The notes: generated by a model from the sequence alone, not told the origin. DNA of 64,000 nucleotides from an uncultured Clostridia bacterium (GCA_947053925.1 CAMRUG010000003.1:64205-128204); one strand, 5' to 3'; counted from the stretch's first letter, positions 19,226 through 30,373 are shown. Numbers and translations: made by a program.

Positions 19226-19474
19226 ATGAAAGACTATATTGCGGAACGCGTAACGGATATTGCAACATACCTGTTAAAAAACAAGTGTACCGTACGCGAA
19301 GTCGCAAAGGTATACTGCGTGAGCAAATCGACAGCGCACAAGGACCTTGCCGAACGGCTTCCGCAAATTGACAAACAACTGTATAACGACGTTTACGAAA
19401 TACTGCGCGATAACTGGGACGACCGCTACATTCGCGGCGGCGAAGCCACAAAAAGGAAGTATAAAAGTGAATAA
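19226..19474 (+). CDS. spoIIID: stage III sporulation transcriptional regulator SpoIIID
   Basis: MKDYIAERVTDIATYLLKNKCTVREVAKVYCVSKSTAHKDLAERLPQIDKQLYNDVYEIL...RGGEATKRKYK aligns by eye along its whole length with B. subtilis SpoIIID. Start at ATG 19226 with a GGAGA RBS. Confidence 0.85.
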   Translation: MKDYIAERVTDIATYLLKNKCTVREVAKVYCVSKSTAHKDLAERLPQIDKQLYNDVYEILRDNWDDRYIRGGEATKRKYKSE

Positions 19475-20004
19475 AATTAAAAATAAAAATGCAAAAACCC
19501 GACTAAACCGTAAAAAGTTTAATCGGGTTATTTTGTTTAAAGCAGTTGTATGCATGACTTAAACTGCGAAAAAAAATTTCGATAATTTCTTACAATGAAA
19601 CAATAGCCGGCGCGTATATATTTTACACACTTCAAAGCACGATATTAAAACGGATATACACAAACGATAAGTTAAATTAAACCCAACCTTGTGATACCGA
19701 GAGCGAGTGTGTTCGCAACAAAAAGAAAAATTACTTTCGCTTACCGGTAACTCAGTAATTTTTGTTGCGCTGCGCTGCAAGTATCTGCAACGAGAACGCA
19801 ACTCCGTTGCGGACGAAGCAAAGCCTTTTTTTAGCCGAATGCACGAGCAACAAAGTTTAAACAATGTCCTTCCGCTTGACACAAGAGCGAGTGGTTCGCC
19901 CGAGCGACAATTTTAATTAAACGTATCCGCTTAACACTGGAGCGAGTGTGTATACGTTTTACGCCTCGCGAAGCGCGAAGTTAAAACGGATACACACGAG
20001 CGAC

Positions 20005-21009
20005 TTACCAATGGTTTTTCGCGTGTTCGCAAAACGCCAAAAACGGCGGGACATACAGACGTTGACCGTCGTCCAAAACGACGTAGCCGCACCACAAGCC
20101 GAAACGCTGATGACAACTGTTGTTTACAATTACAGCCTTTGTAGTAGTATAGTTGTCGTAGAGCATTTCGACGTCGAAAACAAACCGCCCTTCGTCATCT
20201 GTATAGCGGTAGTCATCGCCAATCTGCATTTCCTCTACCTTGCCGAGTTTGTACGCTTTGTTATCGTAAAAAAACATATTTTCGGTAGCGGCAGAAGTAT
20301 TTCCGAAACCCCAGCCTATATTAAAGCCGAAGTGTTTGCCGTCGACAACCGTTCCGCCGTTGCCCCACACCCAACTGTGAGAATACGGCCATACGCCGCG
20401 CCCCCAGTCCAAAAGACCAAAGCCGTTGTGTATTTCATACGCCATATCGTCAATACGGCATCGTCCGCTTGCAACAAAACAGTTTTCCTTGTAGTTGAGA
20501 TACCACTGATGACGGTTGGCAAAAGGAGTGGCAATTACCATTTTGTCCTTATTTGCAGAGCAGTTTGTAAGCAAAACGTCAATTTCTGCTTTTAAACCTT
20601 TTTTACCCACGCAACTTAAAGACAACCGTCTGGACTTTTCGGTTACTTCAAACTGACATAGAATATTGTCGGAAAAATATTTCAACGTGCTTGGTGTTTC
20701 GGGATTTTCGGACATTTTGTTTTTAAATGCGTTTTTAAACAAAATCTGTTTGCCTACGCTACGGCGTTTACCCGTATCAAGGTCGATAAGCGTTGCCGAA
20801 ACGGACGTAGCATAAGAAATATGCCCCATTGTCATCTGCAAGACGATATGCCCGAAGTGGATTTGGTAAAAATCCCATTCCTTTAACCTTAGCGGAGGGC
20901 ATTTAACGCGCTTGCGGTCATAAACGTAAAGCATACGTTTGGCATAACCTGCGTTGGATAACGCGCCCGACTTATTAAGTAATTTTTGTGTTGTAACTAT
21001 CTCGTTCAT
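20005..21009 (-). CDS. DUF2804-like protein
   Basis: 334 aa; N-terminal LLNKSGALSNAGYAKRMLYVYDRKRVKCPPLRLKEWDFYQI resembles DUF2804 family N-termini as I recall them. No catalytic motif recognised. Confidence 0.45.
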   Translation of the reverse strand: MNEIVTTQKLLNKSGALSNAGYAKRMLYVYDRKRVKCPPLRLKEWDFYQIHFGHIVLQMTMGHISYATSVSATLIDLDTGKRRSVGKQILFKNAFKNKMSENPETPSTLKYFSDNILCQFEVTEKSRRLSLSCVGKKGLKAEIDVLLTNCSANKDKMVIATPFANRHQWYLNYKENCFVASGRCRIDDMAYEIHNGFGLLDWGRGVWPYSHSWVWGNGGTVVDGKHFGFNIGWGFGNTSAATENMFFYDNKAYKLGKVEEMQIGDDYRYTDDEGRFVFDVEMLYDNYTTTKAVIVNNSCHQRFGLWCGYVVLDDGQRLYVPPFLAFCEHAKNHW

Positions 21010-21016
21010 AACTCAC

Positions 21017-21802
21017 TCAGTTTTTATTTCTTTGAAACAGCATAAGCAGGCGCAGTATCAACTCCAAAATTTCCACATACAAATATACAAGGGTCGTTAC
21101 AAGCGAAAACGCCACATTCCACTCGTACTTTTTGTCGGCACCGCTTTGTACTAAAATGTCTATATTTTGCAAATCCCATGTGAGCATAATCGTAGCCCAA
21201 ATTATACAAACTGCGGAAATGCCGAGTTGTATCCAAAAGTAAAACGTTTCGGCATAAGTAAACACTCCGAAAGCGCTAAGCGCCCACATAACAAGTTGTA
21301 CAATAATAAGGCTGAAAAACGCTATCATAATACAGCGCATAAACTTACTGCTGATTTTAACTTCCAGCAATTTGTTGACCGCAACGGATATAAGGAACAC
21401 TATTGCCGTACCCAACAGCGCGGCAATGGATATACCGAAACCGACGAATATATCTACAAACAGCGATAAACAACCTAAAAGCCCGCCCTGCAATACCGAA
21501 TAGATTATGCCTAGCACCTTGGCTGTTGACGGAACAAAAGCGATTACAAGCGACATAATCAGCAAAGGCAGAGTACACGCCGCAGTAGCAATGCCTACGC
21601 CGATGAGCGCAGAAGCAAGATCGTTTTTCATACACAAATAAACAACCAGTTCTGTTGCCAAGGCAGAGAGCATTGTAAGTACACCGTAAATTGCGGCTTT
21701 GCCGTAAACTCCCTTGTAGGTTGCAGGCTGTGTTTCCATACCCATTTCGCCGCGACCGGATTTTGCCACCCAACGTCTAAGCGACGGATTGCCCATTCTC
21801 AT
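21017..21802 (-). CDS. Bax-inhibitor-1/YccA-like polytopic membrane protein
   Basis: MRMGNPSLRR N-terminus followed by ~7 TM segments. Start at ATG 21802 with an AAGGAGA RBS. Confidence 0.45.
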   Translation of the reverse strand: MRMGNPSLRRWVAKSGRGEMGMETQPATYKGVYGKAAIYGVLTMLSALATELVVYLCMKNDLASALIGVGIATAACTLPLLIMSLVIAFVPSTAKVLGIIYSVLQGGLLGCLSLFVDIFVGFGISIAALLGTAIVFLISVAVNKLLEVKISSKFMRCIMIAFFSLIIVQLVMWALSAFGVFTYAETFYFWIQLGISAVCIIWATIMLTWDLQNIDILVQSGADKKYEWNVAFSLVTTLVYLYVEILELILRLLMLFQRNKN

Positions 21803-22012
21803 AGTAGTATTTCTCCTTATGTTGAGTATTTTACCATAATCTGGTAAATAATGCAAGTTTAACATTATGTTATAAACGCTACACCATTATATGTTATTTT
21901 AAACACGTATAATTAAAGCAACATTAAATTTAGATACAATACGGCATAATTTTGTTAAAAATATAAGCCAAATAGCATAATTGCGCAAATGTTTACAATT
22001 ATATCAACTTGC

Positions 22013-22041
22013 TTGACAAAAAAGCGTTAAAAAACTAGAAT
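22013..22041 (+). promoter_or_regulatory. sigmaA-type promoter (TTGACA-17-TAGAAT)
   Basis: Near-consensus hexamers with 17-nt spacing, ~180 nt upstream of glyQS. Confidence 0.5.
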
Positions 22042-22223
22042 AGAATAAAAATTGCTTTCGCTTTATATCGGCTCGACAATTTTTGTTGCAAAGGACAACA
22101 ATAACAATATAAAAATCTTAAACGGCATATAATGCAACGATTGCATATATATACACTTGTGCAAATGCAAGTGAGTTGATTTGAAAACCGTTAAATGTTT
22201 AAAACAGGAGATTTATATAAATT

Positions 22224-23612
22224 ATGGCAGAATTGACAATGGACAAACTGGTAAATCTTGCAAAAGGACGCGGCTTTGTATATTCCGGCAGTGAAATATA
22301 CGGCGGGCTTTCCAACTCGTGGGATTACGGTCCGTTAGGAGTAGAACTTAAAAACAACATAAAACAGGCGTGGTACCGTAAATTCGTAAAAGAACACCCG
22401 CTAAACGTCGGACTTGACTCGGCAATTATAATGAATCCCAGAACATGGGAAGCGACGGGACACTTGGCAGGTTTTTCCGACCCGCTTATGGACTGCAAAA
22501 GTTGTAAAACTCGTTACCGCGCGGACAATTTGATTGAAGAATACCAAGCGAAACACAATCTTGAAAATACGGTTGCAAGTATGTCGGACGACGATATGTC
22601 TAAGTACATTTCCGAACACCAAATACACTGTCCCGTGTGCGGCAAGTGCGACTTTACGCCTATACGCAAATTTAATCTTATGTTTAAGACGTTTATCGGC
22701 GTAACGGAAAACTCCACTTCTACCGTTTACTTGCGCCCTGAAACGGCTCAAGGTATTTTTGTCAATTTCAAAAATATCTGCCGTACAACCCGCAAAAAAG
22801 TACCTTTCGGCGTAGGACAAATAGGTAAGGCGTTCCGCAACGAAATAACCCCCGGAAACTTTATCTTCCGCCAAAGAGAATTCGAGCAAATGGAAATGGA
22901 ATTTTTCTGCAAGCCGAACACTGACCTTGAATGGTTTGACTACTGGAAAAACTTCTGCAAACAGTGGTTACTCGACCTAGGTATGAAAGAGGAAAATTTG
23001 CGTCTGCGCGACCACGACAAAGACGAACTGTGCTTTTACAGCAAAGCCACAACCGACTTTGAAGTTAAATTCCCGTTCGGTTGGGGAGAACTGTGGGGAA
23101 TCGCCGACAGAACGGACTACGACCTTACGCGCCATCAGGAAACGGCAGGTCAACCGCTTGATTATACCGACCCGATTACAAACGAAAAATATATTCCGTA
23201 CGTTATCGAACCGAGTTTGGGCGTAGACAGAGCGTTTTTGGCATTTTTAAGCAACGCATACGACGAAGAAGTTGTCGGCGACAATGATACGCGCGTTGTA
23301 CTTCACTTGCACCCCGAACTTGCACCCGTTAAGGTATGCGTACTGCCGCTGTCTAAAAAATTGGGAGACAAGGCAAGCGAAATATACAACGATTTACTTA
23401 AAGAGTTTGCTTGCGAATACGACGAAGCGGGAAGCATCGGCAAACGCTACCGCCGTCAGGACGAAATAGGTACACCCTACTGCGTTACGGTAGACTTCGA
23501 TACAGAAACGGACAACGCCGTTACGGTACGCGACCGCGACACAATGCAACAGGAACGCATACCGCTTGCCGAACTTAAAGAGTATTTGAAAGCAAGAATA
23601 AATATTTTTTAA
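22224..23612 (+). CDS. glyQS: glycine--tRNA ligase (alpha2 type)
   Basis: [45 protein letters not shown] and the class II motifs ([11 protein letters not shown]) are characteristic of GlyQS. Confidence 0.95.
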   Translation: MAELTMDKLVNLAKGRGFVYSGSEIYGGLSNSWDYGPLGVELKNNIKQAWYRKFVKEHPLNVGLDSAIIMNPRTWEATGHLAGFSDPLMDCKSCKTRYRADNLIEEYQAKHNLENTVASMSDDDMSKYISEHQIHCPVCGKCDFTPIRKFNLMFKTFIGVTENSTSTVYLRPETAQGIFVNFKNICRTTRKKVPFGVGQIGKAFRNEITPGNFIFRQREFEQMEMEFFCKPNTDLEWFDYWKNFCKQWLLDLGMKEENLRLRDHDKDELCFYSKATTDFEVKFPFGWGELWGIADRTDYDLTRHQETAGQPLDYTDPITNEKYIPYVIEPSLGVDRAFLAFLSNAYDEEVVGDNDTRVVLHLHPELAPVKVCVLPLSKKLGDKASEIYNDLLKEFACEYDEAGSIGKRYRRQDEIGTPYCVTVDFDTETDNAVTVRDRDTMQQERIPLAELKEYLKARINIF

Positions 23613-23620
23613 ATATCGAT

Positions 23621-23653
23621 GAGAAACGCAAACAAATGCGTTTCTCTTTTTTT
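23621..23653 (+). terminator. rho-independent terminator
   Basis: gagaaacgca-aacaaa-tgcgtttctc followed by a T7 run, directly after glyQS. Confidence 0.8.
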
Positions 23654-23892
23654 GAATATTTAATTTGTTCGTAAAGGTTATTATTTGTAGTTTGTCAAAA
23701 TGACAATACAATTCATATTGTTTCATATACAAAAAAATAGCGCTTTGATTTGTAATAACAAACCAGTTAAAATATCTTTTTTTACTCCAAAATTATTCTT
23801 GCAAAAACGCTCAAAAAGCATTATAATTAGAAAATCGACGCTTTATAATCAAGTTTTATAATAATGACTACGCGCCGATTAGGAGACAGTTA

Positions 23893-26037
23893 ATGGATAT
23901 AAATCTAAAAATTACCGAAGAACTAGACGTTGCAAAATGGCAAGTTGACGCGGCGGTAAACTTAATTGACGAAGGGAATACTATTCCGTTTATTTCGCGT
24001 TACCGTAAAGAAGTTACAGGACAGCTTAACGACGAACAATTACGCAAACTTTACGAAAGACTGACTTATCTAAGAAACCTTGAAGAAAAGAAAGAACAGG
24101 TTTTAAAAAGCATTGACGAACAAGGGCTTTTAACGGATGAACTGCGTGAATCAATCTTAAATGCCGAAACTCAAGTAGCCGTCGACGACCTTTACCGTCC
24201 GTACCGTCCTAAACGCCGTACACGCGCTATTGTCGCCAAAGAGAAAGGGCTTGAACCGCTTGCAAATATAATTTTATTGCAGGAAACCGACAAAAACGCA
24301 AAAGAACTTGCAAAAGAATATATAAACGAAGAAAAAGGCGTCAAAACCGCCAAAGACGCGTTACAAGGAGCGTTGGATATAATTGCCGAAATAATATCGG
24401 ACAATGCCGATTACCGCAAGGACATCCGCGAATTGACGTTCAGACTGGGAAAACTGGTCTCGGCGGCAAAGAAGCCCGACGTTAAAACCGTATACGACAA
24501 CTACTACGCCTACGAAGAAGACTTGACCAAAATTGCCGGACACCGCGTACTTGCGGTAAACCGTGGCGAAACGGAGAAAATTTTAACCGTAAAAATATCT
24601 GCTCCGACGGAACTTATCAACGATTACCTTGTTCGGCATATTATTATACGAGATAATCCCAATACTAAACCTTTGCTCGAACTGGCAATTGCCGACAGTT
24701 ACACCCGTTTAATCGCGCCCAGTATCGAAACGGAAATACGTAATATGCTTACAGAAAAAGCCGAAGAAGGCGCCATTGCGGTATTCGGTAAGAATCTCGA
24801 ACAATTGCTTATGCAGCCGCCCGTTACCGGACAAGTAGTTCTAGGGTGGGACCCCGCATTCCGCACTGGCTGTAAACTTGCAGTTGTAGACGGAACGGGA
24901 AAAGTGTTAGATACCACGGTAATATATCCTACCGCACCCACTACTCCAGAAAAAATAGCAAAAGCAAAATTGACTCTCAGTCAGCTAATAAAAAAATACA
25001 ATATCACCTTAATTTCTCTAGGCAACGGCACGGCTTCGCGTGAAAGCGAGCAGATTATCGTCGAATTGCTGCACGAAACCGGTCTGCCCGTCCAATACGT
25101 TATCGTAAACGAAGCGGGCGCTTCGGTTTACTCTGCAAGCAAGTTGGCAACAGAAGAATTTCCCGAATTTGACGTAGGTCAGCGCAGTGCGGCAAGTATT
25201 GCAAGGAGACTTCAAGACCCGCTTGCAGAACTCGTTAAAATCGACCCTAAATCTATAGGCGTAGGTCAATACCAACACGATATGAACCAAAAGAAACTGG
25301 GAGAAACTCTCGAAGGGGTGGTAGAAGACTGCGTAAACAAAGTCGGCGTAGACCTAAACACTGCTTCCGCACCGCTATTGACTTACATTTCCGGAATCAA
25401 CAGTTCTATAGCAAAAAATATCGTTACTTACCGTGAACAAAACGGACGGTTTACAAGCAGAGAACAACTGCTTAAAGTCGACAAACTGGGAGCAAAAGCG
25501 TACGAGCAATGCGCAGGCTTTTTGCGTATAACGGGCGGGGACAATCCCCTTGACGCCACAAGCGTGCACCCTGAAAGTTATGAAGCGGCGACTAAGTTTA
25601 TGGAACTGGAACACATTTCTCCCGAGAGTATAGGAAACCTTAACGGACTTTCGAAAACGGTTAAAAATTACGAGAAACTTGCAGACAAACTCGGCGTAGG
25701 AGAATTGACGTTGCGCGACATCGTTGCCGAACTGGAAAAACCCGCGCGCGACCCGCGCGAAGAAATGCCCAAACCTATTTTAAGAAGCGACGTCCTTGAA
25801 ATGAAAGACTTAAAAGAGGGAATGTTACTTAAAGGAACAGTACGCAACGTTATCGACTTCGGCGTGTTTGTAGATATAGGCGTACACCAAGACGGATTGG
25901 TACATATATCGCAACTTTCGGCGACTAAATTTGTAAAACATCCGCTGGAAGTAGTAAAAGTAGGAGATATCGTAGACATAAAAGTTTTAGGCGTAGACCT
26001 AGATAAAAAACGCATTTCTCTTACAATGAAAATATAA
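23893..26037 (+). CDS. tex: Tex-like transcription accessory protein (S1 domain at C-terminus)
   Basis: 714 aa; the N-terminus has TIPFISRYRKEVTG, followed by YqgF/RuvC-like and HhH regions. The C-terminal S1 domain contains GTVRNVIDFGVFVDIGVHQDGLVHISQL. Confidence 0.9.
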   Translation: MDINLKITEELDVAKWQVDAAVNLIDEGNTIPFISRYRKEVTGQLNDEQLRKLYERLTYLRNLEEKKEQVLKSIDEQGLLTDELRESILNAETQVAVDDLYRPYRPKRRTRAIVAKEKGLEPLANIILLQETDKNAKELAKEYINEEKGVKTAKDALQGALDIIAEIISDNADYRKDIRELTFRLGKLVSAAKKPDVKTVYDNYYAYEEDLTKIAGHRVLAVNRGETEKILTVKISAPTELINDYLVRHIIIRDNPNTKPLLELAIADSYTRLIAPSIETEIRNMLTEKAEEGAIAVFGKNLEQLLMQPPVTGQVVLGWDPAFRTGCKLAVVDGTGKVLDTTVIYPTAPTTPEKIAKAKLTLSQLIKKYNITLISLGNGTASRESEQIIVELLHETGLPVQYVIVNEAGASVYSASKLATEEFPEFDVGQRSAASIARRLQDPLAELVKIDPKSIGVGQYQHDMNQKKLGETLEGVVEDCVNKVGVDLNTASAPLLTYISGINSSIAKNIVTYREQNGRFTSREQLLKVDKLGAKAYEQCAGFLRITGGDNPLDATSVHPESYEAATKFMELEHISPESIGNLNGLSKTVKNYEKLADKLGVGELTLRDIVAELEKPARDPREEMPKPILRSDVLEMKDLKEGMLLKGTVRNVIDFGVFVDIGVHQDGLVHISQLSATKFVKHPLEVVKVGDIVDIKVLGVDLDKKRISLTMKI

Positions 26038-26326
26038 CTTATTATTAAGAACAAACGGGTTGACATATTGCCGACCCGTTTTAAATTGCACATACTAACG
26101 TTTGTATTAGAAACTGTATAATATTTAGAGAAACACTGCTTAGAATTTAATCTTTTGTAATGTATTTAAACAACGCATTATCCTTGTATGGAAAATACAC
26201 ATAAATAAGTTATGTGAATATAAAGACACAATACTTATGAAATTTCTATACTTTAGAGCAGGATATTCTAATCACAAAGCATACTGCCAATTGTACTCAA
26301 GTAATAATTGTTACGCGCTTTGTATA

Positions 26327-26533
26327 CTAATAGTCAACTAAACCCAATAGATAATCGGCGGAAACGTCGAAGAATTCTGCCGCCGCTTTAATATTGCTTG
26401 CAGTAGGCTCGCTTTTGCCGCGCTCCCACAAAGCGATAGCGCTTTGATTGACGCCTATTGCACTTGCAAGTTCAATTTGCGTAATATTGTTTTCATCACG
26501 CAAATTTTTTAGTCTTATTGCAAATAACGTCAT
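26327..26533 (-). CDS. XRE-family helix-turn-helix protein
   Basis: LKNLRDENNITQIELASAIGVNQSAIALWERGKSEP is a classic Cro/C1 HTH. Confidence 0.75.
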   Translation of the reverse strand: MTLFAIRLKNLRDENNITQIELASAIGVNQSAIALWERGKSEPTASNIKAAAEFFDVSADYLLGLVDY

Positions 26534-26742
26534 TGCGTGTAGTCCGCTCTACCCAATAGATAATCGCAACTTACGTTAAAATAATCTGCCAACTTTACTA
26601 AGTACGAAATTTTCGGTTCGTTTCTCTCATCCAGCCAGTTTAACACACATTGATTAGATACGCCTACGATTTTGGCTACTCTGTAAGCGGTAATGCCTTC
26701 TTCCTTTATTAACTTTTTCAATCTTTCGCTAAACACTTTCAT
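26530..26742 (-). CDS. XRE-family helix-turn-helix protein
   Basis: MKVFSERLKKLIKEEGITAYRVAKIVGVSNQCVLNWLDERNEP. The stop overlaps the start of the downstream XRE gene. The start is uncertain; the track gives a TTG at 26787. Confidence 0.65.
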   Translation of the reverse strand: MKVFSERLKKLIKEEGITAYRVAKIVGVSNQCVLNWLDERNEPKISYLVKLADYFNVSCDYLLGRADYTQ

Positions 26743-27084
26743 AAAATAAGTATACAAGTTTTTTTGAGCATATATTTGACTAGTCAAGAAAACTTGACTA
26801 TAATATACATTATAAGATTTGACAGATTTTATGCTTTGACCGACTAAGTTACCTTTAGAATCGGTAACTCTACAGTAAAAGTTTTAGGCAAGTTTGCTGA
26901 AGCAGGACGCAAGGCAATAGCAAGAAATTATACAAATCGCAACAAAACACAGATGAAGTCGTTGATTGTATTGTTTTTAATTGCTATTCTCATTAACAAT
27001 GTCATTATGTAAAGAAGTGTAACTAGAACTTTATATATTGTAGTATAAACATTTAAAACAAATTTATTAAAAGGAATTATTGAA

Positions 27085-27282
27085 ATGGAAATAAATACTC
27101 AACTTATCGAACAATATATTAAAAATAACAATATTTCTAAAGCGGAGTTTTGTAAACAATGCAATATATCTTCGCAGACACTTCGCCAAATTTTGAGCAA
27201 CGAACGGACAAATATGACATACAGCATTATAAATATTGCCGACATTTTAAATGTAGAAATAAACGATTTGTTACTAAAATAA
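27085..27282 (+). CDS. XRE-family helix-turn-helix protein
   Basis: IKNNNISKAEFCKQCNISSQTLRQILSNE is an HTH. The gene is divergent from the two XRE genes above. Confidence 0.65.
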   Translation: MEINTQLIEQYIKNNNISKAEFCKQCNISSQTLRQILSNERTNMTYSIINIADILNVEINDLLLK

Positions 27283-27348
27283 ATATTCCCAAAAAAGAAA
27301 CATCCCGACATAGTTTTGTCGGGATGTTTAACTATGGTTAGTTCAATA

Positions 27349-28995
27349 CTATTCATCCACTTCGGCAAAACAACTTCCGCCGATAAATTCGCGCAACAAT
27401 GAATTGCACGGAACCCATTTTTCATCCATTTCTTTGAAGTATTTCAAAAACTTAATGAGTCTGTTAGCAGTTATATAGTGAGCGCTATCCGACTTCACTT
27501 CCTGAAGCGCGGGCAGAGCGTACTTTTTTAAAACGCACAATTCGTAAGTCAATGCCGAGTTAAACACATAGTTACAGCCTTCCTGATAGGGATATATCCA
27601 CTTAAACTCGCCGCGGCGAACACTCGGCCACATTTCCAGCGTTCTTTCTGCCGAAGCGTTGCGGTATTTTTTGTCGCGAACTATGCGGCGGAGCAATCTT
27701 ATATCGGTATAACTTATCGGGTTATGATAATCGAGATTTATCTGGAATTGCGGCGCAATATAAATTTTAAACTTTTGGTGTTTTGTTACCGTATAAGTCA
27801 ATTGATCGTTAAGCGCGTGTATACCTTCAATAATGATAGGCGTGTCGGGCGTTATTTTAGTTTTTATACCTGTTGCCGCCCTACCGTTACCGAATTGGTA
27901 ATTTGGCAATTCAACCTCCTCGCCCTCGATAAGCGCTTGCATGTGCTCGTTAAACAATTTCACATCCAAAGCATCAATATGTTCAAAATCAGGGTCTCCG
28001 TACTCGTCGACGGGAATTTGGTTTCTGTCCTTATAATACATATCCAACGAAATTCGGAGCGGTTTTATTCCGCGAGACATAAGTTCTATCTTTAATCTGT
28101 TGGAGAAAGTTGTTTTGCCCGAACTTGACGGACCGGCAATGCAAATAAGGCGGATATTCTCGATATCCTGAGCAATAAGTCCTCCCAACTCGTGCAGCAT
28201 ACCGTTGTGCAAAGTTTCGTTCATATTGATAAAATCCACATAAGTGTCTTCGGTAACGTGCTCGTTCATCTTAGACACCAAATCGGCATTACACAACTTT
28301 GCCCACTTGTGCGCGTTGCGCAATACGCGCGAGAAAGTCGGTTCGTCGTTAAATTCGGGGATAACTCCCTTGGCTTCGTAGCGGGGATATTGTACAATTA
28401 AATTTCCGTCATAACAAAACAGATTGTAACTCTTTAAATATCCCGTAGACGGCGTCATATATCCGAACATATAGTTAAGATAGTCGCCGCACTTATAAAA
28501 ATGACATATTTTCTCAGGACGGTATTTAAGCGTTTCTGCCTTGTCAATTTCGCCTTGACTGACAAAATAGTCATACGCTTCTTCTTTGGTGAGCGAAGTT
28601 TTAACAAAGGGCAAATCTGCTTTTACAAGTCTGTCCAATTCCTTACAAACGGCGTTTAACATTTTTTTGTCTATTACCGTTTTAGGGTCTAACACCGTAA
28701 TCATCAACGAACGCGAAATAGCGTAGCAAATCTTTATTTGATAATTAGGATAAAGATTGTGAAACGCCATAGCAAGCAGATATCTCAAACTAGTTTCGTA
28801 CACTTTAACAGCGTCGGGCGAAGTTAAATCCAGCAATTTCACATCGGCGTCATAGCAAAGTTCGTAAGTTAACTCGCGCAGTCTGTTATTAACTTTAACC
28901 GCCATATATTTTTTGTCCGAATTGTCCGCCAAATTAAGCACAGGCGTGCGTTCGTCCAAACGGTAAGTTTTGTCAGAAATATTTATAGTAAACAT
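27349..28995 (-). CDS. uridine/cytidine-kinase-family nucleoside kinase with an N-terminal ThrRS-like (TGS/second additional domain) extension
   Basis: P-loop ICIAGPSSSGKTTFSNRL in the C-terminal half. The N-terminal ~250 aa resemble the tRNA-synthetase-like domain seen in long Firmicute Udk homologues. Confidence 0.7.
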   Translation of the reverse strand: MFTINISDKTYRLDERTPVLNLADNSDKKYMAVKVNNRLRELTYELCYDADVKLLDLTSPDAVKVYETSLRYLLAMAFHNLYPNYQIKICYAISRSLMITVLDPKTVIDKKMLNAVCKELDRLVKADLPFVKTSLTKEEAYDYFVSQGEIDKAETLKYRPEKICHFYKCGDYLNYMFGYMTPSTGYLKSYNLFCYDGNLIVQYPRYEAKGVIPEFNDEPTFSRVLRNAHKWAKLCNADLVSKMNEHVTEDTYVDFINMNETLHNGMLHELGGLIAQDIENIRLICIAGPSSSGKTTFSNRLKIELMSRGIKPLRISLDMYYKDRNQIPVDEYGDPDFEHIDALDVKLFNEHMQALIEGEEVELPNYQFGNGRAATGIKTKITPDTPIIIEGIHALNDQLTYTVTKHQKFKIYIAPQFQINLDYHNPISYTDIRLLRRIVRDKKYRNASAERTLEMWPSVRRGEFKWIYPYQEGCNYVFNSALTYELCVLKKYALPALQEVKSDSAHYITANRLIKFLKYFKEMDEKWVPCNSLLREFIGGSCFAEVDE

Positions 28996-29648
28996 TTTGT
29001 TCTCCTTGTGTCTGTAATTACGACACTTCTGATTAAATTTTATTAAAAAAACAATTTAATAATCTACAGCTTATAAATTTATTATACTAGACATTGCTGA
29101 ATATAACTTACAGAAATAACTCTTTACGCTGTCTGCTTGCAAAATTTTATTACCGATATAAACTATATCCTTTTGATTGGCTATTGCCAACAGTTTAAAC
29201 TAATATGCAATCTCTAAAATAATGCCGTATATTATTAAACATTTTTAATTGTCAATTTTTGTCCGAGTCAAAAGATACACACACTCAGTATCAATTCACA
29301 AATTTATTTTTATACGTAATTGTATGCCGACAGTATCTTATCTTGACAGGCACTGTATCTTACCATATTTTAAAAGCAAAGTCAATAGCAAATAAAAAAT
29401 AAACTATACAATTTAGCGCTATAACATATAAAAATTTTTAATAACAAGTAAATTATCAAAACACAATAAAACAACACATACAAAATTTGTTACACGAAAC
29501 AGCTTTTAAAAACAAATCTTGCCATACTATACTCTATTGAAAACAAAAAGTATTTATTTTACTTTATAAACTATTGGTAGTATAATACAAAAAACATATT
29601 GAGACAATAAACGATAATTTAACAAATATATTAAAGGGAGACGGATTT

Positions 29649-30257
29649 ATGAATGCGGAATTTAAAATCAACGGGAAACAAATCGAAACCGAAAGACTGA
29701 TATTAAGACCGTTTAAGCAATCCGATTTGAACGATTTTTTTGAATATGCTTCGGTCGAAGGCGTTGGAGAAATGGCGGGTTGGCAGCATCACGAAAACAA
29801 AGATATAAGTCAGCGTATATTGGATTCGTTTATATCCGAAGATAAAACTTTTGCCATCTGTTTAAAAAGCAATAATAAAGTAATCGGTTCGTTAGGCATT
29901 GAAAAATACGGATTAGAAGATAAATTAACCGAATTTAACAATTTGAAAGGCAGAGAAATCGGCTATGTATTAAGCAAAGATTATTGGGGACAAGGTTTAA
30001 TGCCGGAAGCAGTTAAAGCAATAATCGACTATTTATTTGTAGATCTCGATTTTGACTTTTTAACTTGCGGATATTTTACTTTTAACAATCAATCTAAAAG
30101 AGTTCAGGAAAAATGCGGCTTCAAGCCGTACAGAAAACTCGAATTGGAAACGCAATTAGGCACAAAAGAGCAAACGCTATTAAATCTTCTTCTTAATCCC
30201 AGCAAAAAACTCAATTTGGTTTATTCTCATCCTGAAACTTTAATTTACAAAAAATAG
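29649..30257 (+). CDS. GNAT-family N-acetyltransferase (RimJ/RimL-like)
   Basis: ETERLILRPFKQSDLNDFFEY and the later YWGQGLMPEAVKAIIDYLF motif A region. Confidence 0.8.
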   Translation: MNAEFKINGKQIETERLILRPFKQSDLNDFFEYASVEGVGEMAGWQHHENKDISQRILDSFISEDKTFAICLKSNNKVIGSLGIEKYGLEDKLTEFNNLKGREIGYVLSKDYWGQGLMPEAVKAIIDYLFVDLDFDFLTCGYFTFNNQSKRVQEKCGFKPYRKLELETQLGTKEQTLLNLLLNPSKKLNLVYSHPETLIYKK

Positions 30258-30301
30258 ACAAATTTAAACAACAAAATTTTACAAATTATCGGATATTAAA
30301 A

Positions 30302-30335
30302 ATAGCGGGGAACTTTAACAATCCCCGCTATTTTA
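30302..30335. terminator. bidirectional rho-independent terminator
   Basis: atagcgggga ... tccccgctat 10-bp stem flanked by A/T runs, between convergent genes. Confidence 0.75.
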
Positions 30336-30373
30336 TAATTGATTTTAAATTACTAGATAAGCCTTGGCTTAAA

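Noticed and set aside
21900-22223. Possible T-box leader upstream of glyQS
   Set aside because: The long 5' region has hairpins, but I could not find the conserved T-box sequence (AAnnnGGGTGGTACCGCG-like), a specifier-loop arrangement or a terminator. It is treated as an ordinary long UTR with a promoter at 22013-22041.
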